From positions 6,214,405 through 6,278,404 of the forward strand of contig NW_003526943.1 of assembly GCF_000181795.1 (NCBI RefSeq): a DNA stretch of 64,000 nucleotides, read 5' to 3'. Both the position numbers and the translations under genes were made by a program. The DNA comes from Trichinella spiralis. Its lineage: Eukaryota. The notes beneath the pieces were generated by a model that was given only the letters and a program-made list of their open reading frames with translations, made no database searches and was not told the origin of the DNA. This document shows, in pieces, positions 13,801-26,037 of this stretch; within the stretch, counting starts at the first letter, position 1, and every line of letters starts with the position of its first letter.

Positions 13801-14063
13801 TATTACCATCATAACCAAATGTTCAATATTCCAGATCTGTTGCATTTCAAAATCATTTTTTAAACAAAACTGAAAGCAAAGAAAATTATTTTTCATCTCA
13901 CGTTATCATCTTCCTCTAGCATTGCATATTTTTTGCCAAAATATGATCATTGCTGATTGTCCTCGTCGGCAGGCATAAAGCATATATTAATCTTTCATTC
14001 ATTTATTTTATTATAAACTGCCGATGAAAATCAATAAATTTATTCAACAACAAAAACCAATTA

Positions 14064-17000
14064 TTATGAGCCTTTCGATTTTCTGTACCAACGCTGATCT
14101 TCAGGATCGAAGCCACGCTGTGAAGCACCAAACAACGCCCAGTCAGGAGTTTTAGCCATGTAATCGTAACTTGTAAATGATATACCATCTTTCTTGAATC
14201 TTTCTGCCAATGAAAAAAACTTTTCATAATCAATCCACGTATACCACTGACCATGAATTTTGAACTATAATTTCAATATATATACATAATTTGTAATTGT
14301 TCTTATTAATCAAATATACAATACAATAGTTACATTTAATTTTGCAATAAGAACGCAATTTGAATGTTCATGCTCTGCCGCAATGTCGTAATCATCCAAC
14401 TGAAACACAAGTTGCTGCACAAAATCAACCACGTCTGCATGCCATGGCACGTTGGCCATCGTAATTTTACTGTCTTTCGAATCACCGCAATAAGTTACAC
14501 CCTAAATGTGTTGGAAATCATCAACTGCATTCAATTTACAAAGAAATTACAATTACAATAATTTACATCTGCACAAAATAACTTTATATTTGTTTTTGTT
14601 TATTTGAAAAATAAACATATCTTTTATGCAAGATATACATATATATATATATTTTACTACCTTCACTTCGACAAAATCTGGTTGACCACGTTTTATAAGT
14701 GCCGCGTATTGCGAAACTTCATTCATGTTGTACCGATTCACCAGTGTTAATCGATATACGGTTCTTTGTTTCTTTGTGAAAAAAATTATTGAATTTGAAA
14801 ATTTGAAACAGTTGTTAAAAAATTTTTTTAACATACTTTTTCTCTTAATATATCAATGCTGTTCATTAGACGTTGCCAAAAATCTCGAAACAAAGGACGA
14901 TCAATCTCTTTTAGGGATTCTTTAGATGCTGCATCAACACTCAAGTAAAGCTGAGTTACTGGAATTAAATTCCTTAAGTAATTTAATTTTATGACAGTGT
15001 GATTGTTATAATTGTTTTTTTTACTCTATTGCCGAAGGAAATTGAGCATTTGTTACCAAAAATGTAGATATATTTAAGCTGTGCATCTTAGAAATCAATT
15101 CATTGATATGGGGGTACATGATTGGCTCTCCAACCAAAGACAAGGCGCAATGACGAACCGTTGACGATTCTTCAAATCGAGCATCTTTAACTCCAGGTAC
15201 ACCTAAACATTTGAACAAATAATAATCAATCCATTATATAAAGCAGGACTACCCAACCTTCGATAACATGAGGAATGCATAAATAAATAAAAAATTTATC
15301 CGAGGGCTGCACCCAGAATTAAATGCAGTATGTATGTAATAAAACGGACATAAAATCACAGTCTTTTTTCAGGAATGGATCAAGAGAGTTAAGTGGGGGT
15401 ATTTCTGTATATACATATATATTCAATTACTTGTAGAGTCCCACTGCTAGTTAGGCCATGCAAGCACAGTAAAAAAGAAAATAAAGCCATGGTGCTTATA
15501 AAAGTTTTTATTAAAACAGCAAACAAGATGTTTTTGCAAAAATAAAAAATGAAAGTTGCAAAAAAAATTTTCAGAATTGCCGGGGAATTGCTTTAAAAAC
15601 ATGCTAATGTTTTACTGACACATCTAACATTTGAAAAACATATGGATATATTGTGATAGTGCAACATCGAGGGATAGAATTAAAATATTTAACTGATATA
15701 TAGGATAAAAGAAAAACATAATACCTCGAAATTGACGAACCATTTTCTTGTGCCCTTCTAAAGAGTCAGAGAGAATTTTTTCCGCAGGATCAGTTTTCCA
15801 TTTCCATTCTGTTCCAACAGGATTGGAATGATGTCGCCAACAGAATACGCATTTATTCGCGCATGCAAGACTCGGTGTCATTTCCATACACTGGTGGCTG
15901 TTGATACCGTAAAACGTATGCTTATAACAACCCCCACGACCACGAAGCATAGACTGAAAAAATTTTTTTCACTCTCACGCATAAAAAATTTGAAATTCAT
16001 ATTTATTGAAAAAGAACTAATCTATTCAAATTTTGTGAATAAGAATCCAACTTTTCAGAAGCACCTCTACTCAAGGTAGTTATTACGTATTGCTTTTAAA
16101 AAATCATTAAGTCAAATTTAATGAAACTCGACTTCTGACACGATGAACAATATGCACAATATTATTGAAATGAAATAATCCAACACTATATTTAATAATT
16201 AATTATTGAATGAAAACAATTTTTAGCTCGAATTTTCGAAACTGTTTAATATTTAATCTTTTTTCAATTATAATAAATTCGTGTAAATTATACAGAAAAA
16301 GAATGTGCAAGTGAATAAATGGAACGTACTTTGGTCCACCTACAAATTTTCACACCCGAGTGAGTTCCAACAAGATGATAACCTTGTTTTGTGAGAGATT
16401 TTCTCAAGGTGGGAGTGAGCATCTCTTTAATTTTGTTCGAATCATTCGTGACATTTGTAAAATCTTCAACAATAAAGAAAAGACATTAAAAATAATAAAC
16501 GAACGTATCACTACACATCTCTCACATATATCTTCAATGTCGCCGACATTATTTGCGCTGTTCTCGGCATCTTCGGCATCACTGGAATTTTCATTTTCAT
16601 CATGCCAAACAGATACCCTTTTCTGAAAGAGTATAAAATTAAAAATTAAAATAACCCAAAGTTGCTATTCGTACATTGTCGTGCAATGATGAAAATTTCG
16701 AAACTTCACGAACTTCAAGGTATTTTATCAATTGTAAGGACCATTTGAGAAAATCGGACTGAATATGATCAAAATTGTCTTCTTCGGTAAGATAAAGTGG
16801 TAAAATGTTGTTCGCCTTGAGCAAAAGCAAATGTTTGCTCAATTTGATAGCAACCTAGAGAAGCAAACAAAAAAAAACAAAAATCAATAATTAATGAAAA
16901 TTAACAATAATTGAATTATGAAAAAAACTGATCCACACAAATTATTGAATGTCACGACAAATATTAATACGGTGAACAAAAATGCTTTCTCATTTACAAT

Positions 17001-20000
17001 TATTATCAGCACATTAAAATGTAATCACTTTCATGGTAAACAGCAGTACAGTAAGAATTGAGTTGGTTGAAATGGAAATCTATTTGCATTTACAGATAAG
17101 CGCAAGAATTCATTGACATTTTCACTATAGCAGCACAACAGATGAATAATAATAAATCGATCAACAAGTTCAGAAAATGCGACAAGATGTCACGCATACC
17201 GTTTTATTGGGCAAATAATGCAAAAAACTTAAAAATCAAAAATTCATAAATATCAAATAATTTCAGAAATAACAATAAAAATGCATTCTTTCTTTTTTTA
17301 TGATAATAAAACAATTATAATAAAAAATTGTTTAAATGAAAAAAAAGAACCAAACTAGACAAAACAAAAAATACAAACTTATAAATAATTTATTCAACCT
17401 TTGAAACTTTTACTTTAAATTTTTTTACCCTTGCTAACTTGGTGTTGATGCTTGAAAAATGTGATGTTTATGTTTTCAGTAGCAAACAAATAAAAAAGAC
17501 TAGAAAAAGCAAAATATGATTATTAAAATTCGTGGGCTTGTCGTTTGATGATTGGCTGTGTTGAAGTTCCAACAAGCAAATTTACGAAACACTATTTTCA
17601 CTAACTAACCAGTTGGCGAATTAATACCTGCGTTAAAAATCTCTACTGCTTATTGCTTACTGTTCAGAAGCGCTTTACGCAGAAAAAAAAAGATATTCTA
17701 ATAGAAATTCCATCGCTAATATTTTTGTCTATTCATACGTTCAACTTCATCGCAATTGAAAAGGTAAAATAGATAACTTTGAAATTATCATATAATACTT
17801 GTTCGAGCCGTTCTGATGTAATTCGGTTGTTCTACTTTTGCTTCACTATATTTTGATTAATTAATAGATGACGGACGCGTGGAAATAATAAATTTCTCCA
17901 TTTTCATTTGTAAACCAGTAAAACGAGTGGACAATTTCTTTTATTCAGTACATGCATGCATCTCAGATGATATTTTAATTGAAAAAAAAATATTAATCAA
18001 AAGTTAAATTTATTGAACGAAAAGTGTCACTTTTCAAAAGTGATATTTTCTGACTCATCAAATGATAATAATAAAAGTCACCAGCCAACGAACCTTTCAA
18101 ATTCAAAATATCTGTTGCTAAGCTACTTCTGCGAGGCGTTCTGTCATATGATAAACAGGAAACGTATAAGCATTTTTATTTCCTCAACTATTGTTTGGCT
18201 GATAGTCAATGCAATGAATTTTAATGAATATCCCCCCCCTCTGTCCCTCTCTCTCGCTTGCTGACTATTGACCAGGAAAAATTGTTCAACTTATTCATAA
18301 CTATTTATTTATCAACAATAACACAAACAATCATTGTTGACGATGATAATTAATTTTCTTATGCTTTATTTGAGTATTAAAGCATTTTTCAATTTGATCT
18401 TGAACAGTTTCACGGCTCTCTTTTAGCGGAAGATAGAGGAAAAAAAATGTGCGCGATCATTTTGCCACTCTTCATCCTAGTTACATTTTTCTATTCAACA
18501 ATGGGTAAGACGATTATTATTATTAATTATTTATATTTCATATAATAATAATTAATATACATTTCAGAAAGTTCAAAAGCTTTATATCCTGGCGATTTGT
18601 TATTTTGGAGTTTATCGACCGAGTTTAACAACAGCAACTCTACAGATGAAAGCTTCTTGGATGCGGTCATCGCCAGCGGCGATGCTGAGAATGTCGTTTT
18701 CCACGTTTCAATAATTCAAAACAATTCCACAGTAATTCACGTTTCCCCAAAACAGGGCGTGACCAGTGATGCAATTTTCAATTACTGCGAACAGCATTTG
18801 AATAATGGACATCAACTCCAACTGACCACAATGACCATAACGGGACAGAACGCCACGACCAAAATGGCCGCCTTGGAATGGGCAGTGTCGAAAATTGGTC
18901 TCCCGTATAATGATATTTTTGACGAAAATTGCACCAATTCCAAAGGTCAAGAAGCTTATTACTGTTGCCAATTTGTACGCAAAGCTTATGAAAATGTGCT
19001 CGGCTATTCAATTTTTGAAATACAACCGTTGAATTTCAACGAGACCACCGGCAAGATTAATCCATATTGGGTAAATTATTTCAAGCAGAGAGACATGCCC
19101 GTTCCAGTTGATCAATGCGGATCACATCCTGCACGATTGATCACCTCACCAAATTTACAAGAAATCTTTTCCATGTATATCAACGACACCAGTTCTGTGG
19201 ATCAGTTTTTACAAAAGCTCGCTGATGCACTCGAAGCAACAAACGGAACCGCCGCCAATTTACGCTTCTCTTTAACAAAATCTTTAATTCTATTTTGCCT
19301 GCTTTATTTCACATTCAGACATCTCTTTTGAACATATCATCATTCATATAAACAATACGAATTAACTTAATTTTTCTGTAATCATTAGCTCAGTGAACAG
19401 TTAACCTTTTGTTTCGCACACGCTATATTATTGTTCTTCATAGAATCACGATGTGTAATATCTAATATATAAAACCCCTCCATACATACATACATACGCA
19501 CAATTTTCAATAAAAGTAAAATTTACCTTGTTAAACGTGCTTCCGTATGCTTTATCACCTAAACCAAAAACCGCAAAACGTAAATTGCTTAAAACGGATT
19601 TTTCAACACGAAAATCCGAAACACATTCTTCCAACCATTTGAAAAACCAGCGGCATTTTTCTGGACACTGCCCGTCAACGTAAGTGCTAACGATAAAAAT
19701 GCATACAGCTTGCTGAAATAAACAAAAGCATTCATTTGCTTTTTGTGTTTTGATCACAACGTCTTGTATATTACTTCATTTTCCAAATGTCCTTCTGGAT
19801 TGTAATGTTGCAAATCAAACACTGCTGTGGAAAATGTCGATTTCAGACGCGAATGCAAACTGTAAGCCAACTTCTGCGCATTACCAGATTGGGATGCGAA
19901 AAATATTTTCACTTCTTCACGGTGCTTATCTTTTTCTTTTTTCTACACAATATAGCTTTTGTTTTGTTCATTTTGGCTTTCATTGCACAATTATCATTTT

Positions 20001-20563
20001 ATTTCATTTAAACAATTTGAAAATTTTCTAAACTACTTTACACTTCTTCACATTTATGCTAGGAAACTTAATTATCAAAAGATTCATGATATCACTTCAT
20101 AATATCAATTTATTTAAAATAAAAAGCTCTACCAGAGCAGCAATTCAAAAATAAAATTTCCCTTCCCAAACTATGGTGATGTTAATGATTTATATACACT
20201 GAAATGCAAGAAAAACAAAGTAGAGAAGGAAACTATTATTGAATTTATAGAATAGCTCATGACAGAACTTAATTACTTAATATATAAAACAGCAAGAAAA
20301 ATGAAATATAGCCGACATTCGTGAACTGCATTGGCTCTAATTAAATAGATGAAAGAAATATTAATAAAAATCAATAAATTAATGCATTTTGCAACTCTAA
20401 GCAACGAAATTACCTTCATTAAGATGTACAAAAGCATAACTATTAAAGCAGTGCTAATGCCAACTATAATTAGCACTGATTCACACAAATTAAAAGTTAT
20501 GACATCCGGCGGGCAAAACACATGCAGTGTTCTTTCATACATGCTGTAATAAGCCTTCCACAT
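14064..20563 (-). CDS. TYW1: tRNA wybutosine-synthesizing protein 1 (flavodoxin + radical SAM)
   Basis: N-terminal hydrophobic segment. Flavodoxin domain (VKIFFASQSGNAQ, FAVFGLGDKAYGSTFNK). GYHLVGTHSGVKICRWTK|SMLRGRGGCYKHTFYGI, radical-SAM motif CANKCVFCWR, HCALSLVGEP, FLVTNAQFP, and a C-terminus TPDWALFGASQRGFDPEDQRWYRK. Confidence 0.95.
18447..19331 (+). CDS. Secreted, probably GPI-anchored permuted papain-like amidase (NlpC/P60 superfamily, YiiX/YaeF C92-like), nested in a TYW1 intron
   Basis: Exon 1 (18447-18504) encodes signal peptide MCAIILPLFILVTFFYSTM. A phase-1 GT-AG intron at 18505-18567 joins it in frame to ESSKALYPGDLLFW. His lies in VFHVSII before Cys in AYYCCQFV (permuted order). 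Also IGLPYND, YWVNYF and GSHP motifs, many N-X-S/T sites and a hydrophobic C-terminal tail. About 273 aa. Confidence 0.85.
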
Positions 20564-22123
20564 GTTCTAAGTATTGTCCAGTTTAACGTGGCAAGCTAAA
20601 AAATCACTGCATAGAACTATAATTTTAAAAACGAAAACATTAATACATAAAAAACTTTACGCGTTTTCATAGTAGCTACAGTAACTTTAAAATTTGGTAA
20701 AGAAAATTAAAAGGCTGTAATTGAAAAAAAAATATTCTTTATTCTTATTAATAAAACTAAATTTTTACTGTAGAAAAAATATATTTCAAAAGTTATGCAT
20801 CTTTTGAACAAATCATTCTTCTCCAACTTATCAACTAACAACTTTTGATGTTTTAAATATAAATTGGCAAAAATTCCATTTTTCAATAACATACTTTAAA
20901 TATATTTTTTACATATAAATTTTGAGATCTGAAAATATTTAAAATTTTCAAGAACTATTACCACCTCCATCAAAAATTTAGAAAACTTACAGTGAATAAT
21001 AAATTTGAAAATATTGTATTATAATCTTAAAAATGCTTTTTGCCTTCACTGTGTTTTACATTTTAAAAGATAACATTTTACATGGTTAAATATAAGGACT
21101 TTGCACTTGACAATACGGTATAATGATTTAAGAAATGCAGGACATTTTAATTGATTACATTTTAAAATGTATGAATCAGGCGTCTGAAGTTCATATTTAC
21201 ATTATATAAGAAAATATTTAAATTTTAGAAAATAAAAGCAGTCAAAATTATGAAATGTGATATGTGGTTGTAAAATTTGAAAATATTTTCTTGGAAAAAT
21301 AGAGATTTTAATAAAATTACTATGACAATTAACAGTCTTCTTAAATGTCGACTGTTTCGACGGCACAAAAAATGACACATCTTATTGTCTAAATTAGAAT
21401 ATGTCTGTATATTATCTGTTCGTACCTTAGTACTATTTATGAAAAACTTTGTACTAACTGCTCTTATTACTTAACCAGATCATGCATAATTATTTTTTTG
21501 TTACTATAAGCGCCATGCTTTTCATCAGTAAATTTTTCACGAACAACAGGGATACATGAAATGCATGTACGCAAACGAAATATACAATCCGCTTCCTACA
21601 CGTAATTGACCAAATTTATATTGCAATTTTGAATGCCATCTTATGTTGAAATACATTAAAAAATGCACAATATATAATCTGATAAATATTTTGAACACTG
21701 CTTAGTTGATAATATTAAAAATTTGAAATATTTACATATGGGTCGTTAAATAGGCCATCATTGTGACCTAGATAAAATAAGTGAAGTTTCAAAAGTGATC
21801 AAAAATTATAAATTTGCATGTAATGATTAAAAGTAAATAACGAGGAGTATTTATTGGATGAAAATGTGAAAAAAATGCCTCAGTTATAGATAGTGTTCTT
21901 TAAAATCAAGGCTACAGTATCCCATTTGTTGTTCTGCATAGTAAACAGGTATGTACCTGTAAATCGTTTTATATTATCCATTATAAGTGAGTTTTAGCCG
22001 CGCCGACATAAAATGTGAGTGATTTATTTTCCACTTCAATGTGAAAGGAATCGTTTTTAAGTGAAAATTTATCATAAAAGTTGTTATTCATCCGTTATTT
22101 TTTTATAGAGATTCTATCTAGAA

Positions 22124-22897
22124 ATGGTACGAGAAGCTGGCAAGCCTCGAGGTAAAACTACGCCGTATGGGTTTTTCGTGAAAATGTGCTATGAAGAGCA
22201 CAAGAAAAAATACCCCAACGAGAATGTTCAAGTTACGGAAGTTTCCAAGAAATGTTCCGCGAAATGGAAGGTTGCCAGTTTTGTATTGTTTTGTAGGTGT
22301 TTGATGTTGTTTAAACGAGAATATTCGTTTAAGACGATGACTCAGGAAGAGAAGCATCGATTCTATGAACTGGCAGCAAAAGATCGTGTTCGCTACGATG
22401 CTGAATTGGAAGCGTACGGTGGCGATGGTTTGCGTAAGCGAAAGCGCAGCAAGAAAGACCCGAACGCGCCAAAGAGAGCACTGTGGGTGGTTTAAGTCTT
22501 TCTAGGAATATGTTAATTTCATCAAGTTGTTCTAGGTCTGCATTTTTTTTCTTTTCCAACTCCAAACGCGCCGAAATACAGCAGGCTCATCCAGATTGGA
22601 AAGTGGGTCAGGTGGCGCAAGAATTAGGAAGAATGTGGAAAGCAATTGACGAAGATGAAAAGCGTAAATTTGAAGATATGGCGGCAAAAGATCGTACTCG
22701 CTATGAGGAGGTAATGTTGCTCGGTTTTTTTGCAGTTTTTGTTGTTATTTATCAAATTGATGAAGGATATGAAAAACTACAAGTCTGGTGGAAAAAGTGA
22801 TGTTGGCAAACGTGCTCGTGGGGCAACTTCATCTTCCGCCACAGTTGAGGAGGATCCTGACGAAGATGAAGATGACGACGATGAAGACGAAGATTAA
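22124..22897 (+). CDS. HMGB-type two-box HMG protein (HMG-1.2/DSP1-like) with acidic tail
   Basis: Box A: KPRGKTTPYGFFVKMCYEEHKKK. Linker/box B: KKDPNAPKRAL|SAFFFFS...WKVGQVAQELGRMWK. Last exon ends EEDPDEDEDDDDEDED*. Confidence 0.93.
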
Positions 22898-23192
22898 AAA
22901 TAATTAAGCAAACTTATTTAGAACTTAATAATTTTATATGTTAACTTTATATTTTCATTTTATATAGCTTAGTTGTTATTCGGCATGCATAATGTTGGAT
23001 GTAATTCACTACACTGTATTATGTTTGTTTTCGACTTCAATAAATTTACAATATGCATTGCTTCATCATCATATGTAGCATTTCAACGTATGCTGCTCGA
23101 AGTAAATATTTGAATAAATAAATATATATACATATATGTAAAAGTGTGTTGTAAAATAGTTTTATTTGGACAGAAAAAAAAAGATAGAAATA

Positions 23193-24014
23193 TTATAATT
23201 GCAAACGATCTGATTTTTCGCGAACAGTAATTGCAATTCGCGTTCCAACTATATGGCCTGGAAGTATGGCATGCTTTAATTTGTGTCGCATGGGGCCACT
23301 AATACAGATCAGCGAACGCTTCAACAAAGGCACATGAATGAGAGAATTGTTTTCTTCTTCCAAAAACGACATCACCGCATCGGAACAAAGACTGCAAGTC
23401 ACTATACGTTCCCCCCACGCCCACTGGTCGTCGGTGTGAAATTCAATCCACGATCCACGCTCCGAGCAGTACTCGAGATTGGTAACTTGAACGGCGACGA
23501 AATCTTGCAGAAATTTCAACTGTTTCATACGGTCAAATAGAAAACTAAAATATTCAGGCAAAGTATTATCCCGCTGGTTGTTGGGGGTGTGGTATTTGAT
23601 TTTTCGTTTTTTGAAATTAACTTTCGGTCCGTAGTCTTGCTTTCTGCGACCCGACTGGGATACTTGCCATGCGCTTTGTGAAATGCTCTTCAACAAGCTG
23701 GCCTCTTCGTCTTCGGTCAGAAAATTCTCCACCACCTTCACCGTTTCACAAGCGAAACTGTCGAAATTGCCCTGAACTAAATCGTGGAAGTTGTTGTACA
23801 ATTCTAGCAGCTGTTCCACTGAATGCATCTCACTGGTCAGCGAATGTCCACTGGAATCACATTTTCGACAATAAACGAAAATGCGATATTTTTTCCAATC
23901 CAAGCACCGTTCACGTTGTAGATTTTTTACTCGGTCTGAATTTTCGCACAGACGACAAAATCGAATGCCCTTGCAACCGCAAATTTTTCCACCAACAGAA
24001 GATTCTTCTGCCAT
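23193..24014 (-). CDS. ALKBH4: AlkB homolog 4 (ALKBH4 / nematode NMAD-1-like Fe(II)/2OG dioxygenase), intronless CDS
   Basis: CGCKGIRFCRLCE, WQVSQSGRRKQDYGPKVNFKK, HxD (FHTDDQWAWGERIV), distal His (KHAIL) and RIAITVRE. The first in-frame ATG is at 24014; the ORF track starts at a TTG. Confidence 0.93.
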   Translation of the reverse strand: MAEESSVGGKICGCKGIRFCRLCENSDRVKNLQRERCLDWKKYRIFVYCRKCDSSGHSLTSEMHSVEQLLELYNNFHDLVQGNFDSFACETVKVVENFLTEDEEASLLKSISQSAWQVSQSGRRKQDYGPKVNFKKRKIKYHTPNNQRDNTLPEYFSFLFDRMKQLKFLQDFVAVQVTNLEYCSERGSWIEFHTDDQWAWGERIVTCSLCSDAVMSFLEEENNSLIHVPLLKRSLICISGPMRHKLKHAILPGHIVGTRIAITVREKSDRLQL

Positions 24015-24254
24015 CTTTTTTTCACTGTAAACAAGAACGTCATTCAACGCACCCTACTACTACTAGGTAATTTGTCGTAAAACGTTTCGAGCAATTTGAA
24101 CTTTTCTTCCTTTTTATCGACCATCAACTTTACCAAATTAGTATTCCTTAGTCTATTCTTCTGTTGATCATTATGAAATCGGGCCATTACTTTGTCCAAC
24201 GATAATCGGTCGAATTTAAAATGCAAATTATTAAATTGTATAACAAACATTTAA

Positions 24255-24296
24255 ATAACAATAATAATAATAATAATAATAACAATAATAATAATA
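24255..24296. repeat. (AAT)n microsatellite
   Basis: Imperfect run of aat/aac triplets. Confidence 0.85.
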
Positions 24297-24678
24297 CTTA
24301 ATAATTTTATTAAATACTATCTGAAGACAAGAAAAACTTTTCGCTACTTCATTGGATAAATTAGGAAAAATTACTGTAACATACTTACCGTATGCTATTG
24401 TAAGAATAAGAATTTGAAATTATGACAAAAAGAATATAAAAAACAAACGAAATTATCTTGGTAGCTACAGCATTTTTATTCAAAATAAATTAATTTTAAA
24501 TATTTTCATCGATTTATTTTGAATAAATTGAGCAGTTTATATGTCAACATTTAAATAAAACTTGACAATTACCGTGACGTAAAATCGGTCATTTTCATCA
24601 ATTTGTATCACTAAATTGCGAGGATGAATGGATTTTTTTTTTGTAAAATTATCATTTAAAGTATTATTTTAGATAATC

Positions 24679-24900
24679 ATGTCTTATATTGGAGTGAATC
24701 CTCTACTCAAGCGAACATATTTGGAACGGTTGGCAGACCTTGATTTTACATGGTTTACTAATAATATCGTTTATCCTGAAATCTCTGCTGATGTCGGTGA
24801 ATTGCCGCAACGTGATATGCCTCTCGAAGCACTTACAGCAAGAACTACAGATCGAAATTCTAGTTTGGAAGGCGTTTTAGATGTTGAAATTAGAAGTTAA
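24679..24900 (+). CDS. 73-aa protein, possible divergent anaphase-promoting complex subunit 13 (APC13/Swm1-like)
   Basis: ATG lies just after a tttttag acceptor-like site. The segment ERLADLDFTWFTNNIVYPEISADVGELP aligns by eye with the APC13 core (RILDLIDDAWREDKLPYEDVAIPLNELP, from memory). Length is similar. Confidence 0.5.
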   Translation: MSYIGVNPLLKRTYLERLADLDFTWFTNNIVYPEISADVGELPQRDMPLEALTARTTDRNSSLEGVLDVEIRS

Positions 24901-26037
24901 AGTGTCATTTGAAATCGTTGAAATGAATTTGAAAAATTGAAATTGTACCTGGACAGTAGTTTGTTTTGTCTCTTATTTTTCTGATGAAATAAAAAAGTGC
25001 TTAACTGCATTCTTTTCATATTTTTCAATTGAATATTCAATGATTATGAATTAAAATTTAAAAATTTACTGTATTAGCAAGCTAAATGTGAAGCAATTTG
25101 TAAAATTTAATTCGGGTTTGTTCTCAATGTTTTTCAAATTTTCAATACGAGCAGTGTAAATTTAAATGCAATATCAACGCATTAAGATATTTGTACCCTT
25201 GATGAATTGATACCCTTTCTACCTGATCAAGCTTATCATATTTACTCATCAAACTAATTATGATTATATTTTGAAAGAAATTCCACGTGTTCTTTTAAAG
25301 TGCGATGATAATTTCGAGCAGCATTGTATTTTCCTGATATTATATACACTTTATCTGTTACTGTTATTATTTATTTTAAATGCAAACTTTATCATTTTAA
25401 TGATTCTGAATGAAGCTAAATTGTTTGATTATAATGCACGATGTTTGATTTGTAAATTGAATATTTGCATCGTTTAAAAGTTATGAATTTTCATCGCTAT
25501 AAAAAGTTTTACCAAGCATTTGATTTTCCAAATAAACAGTATAAATGTCTTCAATTTGAATACATAATAACTCTGATGTGCAAAAAATGCGCCTTTAATT
25601 TGTCTTTTGAATTTTTAATAAATGAAGTTTTAATTATAAGTTATTCGATTTAATTACGAACATACGGTAGACATGACGCGATCGAAAGCAGCAAGCTTTA
25701 CTGACCAGCTCGAATTAGTCAAACAGAACGTAAATTATATAAATATTTTATTCAAATATAGCTGCAAATACGTCATGCTTCTTTCACGCAAAAGTCCACA
25801 TATTCTAATACTGTAACAACAACGGTCTTGTATATACTAAATTTACAGTATTTACAATTTTACTAAATGTGCGTTGTTTTTAACTTTTATTCTTGTATAG
25901 TTCAAAGTTTTGACTGCAACTATAAAAATGCACATTGTGCAATTATAGATGTCATGTGATCAGTAAATAAATCATCCTTTTTTGCATGTTACATTTCTAT
26001 TTTTAGATATATCCGTATTAATTATCGTTAAATTTTC

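Noticed and set aside
25198..25231. TGATGA...CTGA with a terminal CTTGA/TCAAG stem (C/D-box-like)
   Set aside because: Only ~34 nt, too short for a C/D snoRNA.
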